Part shown: in pieces, positions 26,814 through 29,485 of the stretch
Layout of the letters: each line of letters opens with the position of its first letter
Numbering within the stretch: position 1 is the stretch's first letter
Program-made: the position numbers and the translations under genes
Source: an uncultured Deferribacteres bacterium
GTDB taxonomy: Bacteria; Zhuqueibacterota; Zhuqueibacteria; Zhuqueibacterales; Geothermadaptataceae
Direction: 5' to 3'
DNA length: 29,485 nucleotides
NCBI GenBank assembly: GCA_964014485.1
Contig: CAXHAT010000088.1
Span: forward strand, 1 to 29,485
The notes under the pieces: generated by a model
The model's input: the letters and a program-made list of their open reading frames with translations, nothing else
Databases searched by the model: none
What the model was told of the DNA's origin: nothing

Positions 26814-27461
26814 ATGTTGTTTCGAATACTTGCAATCGCCGGGCTTCTTCTCTCCTACGTTTTCGTTTTTCGCATCCTGCGCAGGCGAAACTTAACGATA
26901 GGCCAATTCTTGCGCACTGGCGGCAAACGGCTAAGCGGATTTGACGATTCCTCCATTTCTCGCCGTCAGGCTGCTACAAAATCGTGGTATATTTTGGCGC
27001 TGATTTCGATCAAAATCCTGGCGATCACAGGATTTCTTCAGGTGATGATTCTTGGTGAACACATGTCGGGGTTTCTCTTGTTGCTACACATGATTGCAGC
27101 GCCGGCATTCGCAGTTGCAATAGCGATTTTGACACTTCTAACGATCAGTGATCATCGCTTTAGCGCCGAAGATTGGCAGGCGTTTAGAAGCCGCAAGGAC
27201 AACACCGAAGCCGCTTCCAACTTTTGGCGTAAAACATGTTACTGGCTCATCGTCGTATCCTCAATTCCCGCAATTGCTTCTATTATTCTCAGCATGTACC
27301 CGATTTTTGGCACGAACGGCCAGGAAGCGTTGTTGAGTTGGCATCGATATGCGACATTGGTTCTTACGATTGCCGTCATCTTCCACACTTTCCTGATCTT
27401 CGAAGCAAGCCCGCGCCAACAAGGAACTTTGGAAGAAACGAAGCCAGCGCCCGCTCAGTGA
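26814..27461 (+). CDS. Cytochrome b-like membrane protein (FdnI/Ni-hydrogenase cytochrome b type)
   Basis: About 5 TM helices; LAITG...LLLH, RKTCYW...WHRY...IFH His pattern. Confidence 0.7.
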   Translation: MLFRILAIAGLLLSYVFVFRILRRRNLTIGQFLRTGGKRLSGFDDSSISRRQAATKSWYILALISIKILAITGFLQVMILGEHMSGFLLLLHMIAAPAFAVAIAILTLLTISDHRFSAEDWQAFRSRKDNTEAASNFWRKTCYWLIVVSSIPAIASIILSMYPIFGTNGQEALLSWHRYATLVLTIAVIFHTFLIFEASPRQQGTLEETKPAPAQ

Positions 27462-27477
27462 CCTTTCGGAAATAACG

Positions 27478-28935
27478 ATGAGAGATTTTGCGCCTTCGCT
27501 CAAGGAGAAACTCTGCGGCTATTCTCGAGCCATGTTTTTGAGCGTCGCTATTTTTCTTTTCTTGTCTAATCTCTCCTGCGTTCAAACTCCGTCTCCAAAA
27601 CCCAACATCATCTACATCAATATCGACGATTTAGGCTGGACCGATCTTGGATTCCAGGGCAGCTCATTCTATGAAACGCCGAATATTGATCGTCTTGCCG
27701 CGCAAGGCATGGTTTTTACCAATGCGTACGCGTCTGCGGCCAATTGTGCGCCTAGTAGAGCAAGCAGTTTGACAGGCCAATATTCTCCTCGACATCGCGT
27801 GTTTACCGTCGCCAGTTCGGAGCGTGGAAAATCCGAAGATCGCAAGCTCATTCCCATAAAAAACACACTGTTTATCGAAAATGAGAACCTGACGATTGCA
27901 CAATCCCTCAAAGATGCGGGCTACAAAACGTGTGCGATTGGCAAGTGGCACATCAGCAAAGACCCGTTGCAAAACGGCTTTGAAATGAATATCGCGGGCG
28001 GGCGGCAAGGCAGTCCTTACGAAGGCTATCACAGTCCTTACAAATACCCGAATTGTGAAAAAGAGGAAGCGGGCGAATACTTGACTGATCGATTGACCGA
28101 TGAGAGTCTGAAATTTATAAAGAAAAACAAAGGCGCCCCGTTTTTTCTCTATCTTTCCTATTACGCCGTTCATACGCCGCTGCAAGCGAAACCGGATTTG
28201 AAAGAAAAGTTCAGCCGAAAAGCGGCGTCGGAAGCGCACGGCAACCCGACATACGCCGCAATGATTGCCGCCGTCGACGCCGGCGTTGGGCGTGTGATGG
28301 CAGCGCTGGACAGCCTCGATCTTTCGGATAACACGCTCGTTCTCTTGACTTCCGACAACGGCGGTTTGTGGGGAATTAGCAAACAATGGCCGTTGCGGGC
28401 GGGAAAAGGCTCGTATTATGAGGGCGGCATTCGCGTCCCAATGATCGTTCGCTGGCCGAAGAAGATCGCAGCGGGCGGCGTTTGTGACGTCCCGGTGATA
28501 GGCGTTGACTTTTTTCCCACTTTCCTCGAAGCGGCTAACCTGGACAAGCCAAAAGACAAAATTTTGGACGGGCAAAGCCTGACGCCGCTATTTTCACAAA
28601 GCGGCAGGCTCGAGGAGCGCGCGCTCTTTTGGCATTTCCCGATTTACTTGCAAGCTTATGTAAAAAACGGGCCGGTTGAGACGACCGATCCCAAATTCCG
28701 CACGCGCCCCGGTTCGGTGATACGGTACGGCGATTGGAAACTGCACGAATACTTCGAAGACGGTCATCTAGAGCTCTACAATTTGAAAAAAGACCCGTCA
28801 GAAAAGCAGAATCTTTCTGAAACGCAGCCAGAAAAACGAGAAGAGCTTTACAGCATGTTAAAAACCTGGCAAAAGAAGATTGAAGCGCCTATCCCTACGA
28901 CGTTAAACCCGGAATATAAATTACCGTCGGGTTGA
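27478..28935 (+). CDS. Formylglycine-dependent (Cys-type) sulfatase, probable lipoprotein
   Basis: KPNIIYINIDDLG, CAPSRASSLTG, GKWH, AVHTP, SDNGG, GKGSYYEGGIRVP, ELYNL; LSC lipobox-like. Start may be 27532. Confidence 0.95.
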   Translation: MRDFAPSLKEKLCGYSRAMFLSVAIFLFLSNLSCVQTPSPKPNIIYINIDDLGWTDLGFQGSSFYETPNIDRLAAQGMVFTNAYASAANCAPSRASSLTGQYSPRHRVFTVASSERGKSEDRKLIPIKNTLFIENENLTIAQSLKDAGYKTCAIGKWHISKDPLQNGFEMNIAGGRQGSPYEGYHSPYKYPNCEKEEAGEYLTDRLTDESLKFIKKNKGAPFFLYLSYYAVHTPLQAKPDLKEKFSRKAASEAHGNPTYAAMIAAVDAGVGRVMAALDSLDLSDNTLVLLTSDNGGLWGISKQWPLRAGKGSYYEGGIRVPMIVRWPKKIAAGGVCDVPVIGVDFFPTFLEAANLDKPKDKILDGQSLTPLFSQSGRLEERALFWHFPIYLQAYVKNGPVETTDPKFRTRPGSVIRYGDWKLHEYFEDGHLELYNLKKDPSEKQNLSETQPEKREELYSMLKTWQKKIEAPIPTTLNPEYKLPSG

Positions 28936-28944
28936 AAACAGCGA

Positions 28945-29485
28945 ATGCCAAAAAACAACGATTGGTCTCCGGCTTCCAGCCCCTCTTCACTTCTTCCCCG
29001 CGACATTCATATTTGGCGAGTCGATCTGAATCCCCATGACCCATCTGTTATTCAAAGTTCTCGAACGCTTCTCTCAAAAGATGAGTTTGAGCGCGCCGAT
29101 CGTTTTCATTTTGAACGGCATCGACGGCGCTTCATTATAGCGCGCGGTGTACTGCGCATTTTGTTGGGGGAATATTTGGATCAAAAGCCGGAAGAAATCA
29201 CTTTCGAATACGGGCCGCAGGGCAAACCGTCCATTTCTTCAGGAAGTGCAAGGCAGATGTTAAAATTTAACATTTCCCATTCACACGAAATGGCGTTGAT
29301 GGCGTTCACGCTTGACCGTGAAGTCGGCGTTGACGTCGAATATCTTGACCGCCGCGCCGCAAGCGATGACATTGCCCGGCGCTTTTTCTCACCGGCGGAA
29401 GTTGAGGCTTATTTAAAAGTTCCGGAAGAACAGAGGCGGCAGGCGTGCTTCGCAGCAACCGGACCGTTTCGCCGACAGCCCCGGC
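28945..29485 (+). CDS. Sfp-type 4'-phosphopantetheinyl transferase, partial (runs off the window; absent from the ORF track)
   Basis: My translation from ATG 28945: IHIWRVDL, LSKDEFERADRF, RGVLRILLGEYL, GKP, FNISHS, VGVDVE, IARRFFSPAE. Confidence 0.9.
   Translation, partial: MPKNNDWSPASSPSSLLPRDIHIWRVDLNPHDPSVIQSSRTLLSKDEFERADRFHFERHRRRFIIARGVLRILLGEYLDQKPEEITFEYGPQGKPSISSGSARQMLKFNISHSHEMALMAFTLDREVGVDVEYLDRRAASDDIARRFFSPAEVEAYLKVPEEQRRQACFAATGPFRRQPR

Noticed and set aside
27664..28575. 303-aa antisense ORF
   Set aside because: Entirely opposite the well-conserved sulfatase; typical codon-bias shadow.

Overview
Bacterial chromosomal DNA with dense coding, standard SD sites and Tat/lipoprotein signals. 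The gene mix suggests a diderm, possibly KSB1/Calditrichota/FCB-like organism; this is inference only. No rRNA, tRNA, CRISPR array or transposase was found. In order, the window holds: a 7-mer tandem repeat at the edge; an OmpR-type two-component system directly upstream of msrP (no msrQ); an acyl-CoA dehydrogenase-SCP2 gene and a family III CoA-transferase/racemase gene in the same frame, separated by one TGA; two adjacent long palindromic elements; a Zn peptidase; a Tat-exported TIM-barrel isomerase; a four-gene operon (cytidylyltransferase, ApgM-like phosphomutase, methyltransferase, CDP-alcohol phosphotransferase); a housekeeping/cofactor block (hydrolase, folE, 2Fe-2S ferredoxin, moaE, moaD, Lon-N domain, queG, MBL hydrolase, rnhB, yraN, OCD family, beta-propeller lipoprotein, nhaA); a Tat Gfo/Idh/MocA oxidoreductase - heptaheme cytochrome c - cytochrome b module followed by a sulfatase; and a truncated Sfp-type PPTase. 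The best candidates for undescribed systems are the periplasmic oxidoreductase/heptaheme/cytochrome b module, the four-gene CDP-alcohol operon, and the stop-interrupted ACAD-SCP2-CoA-transferase fusion.
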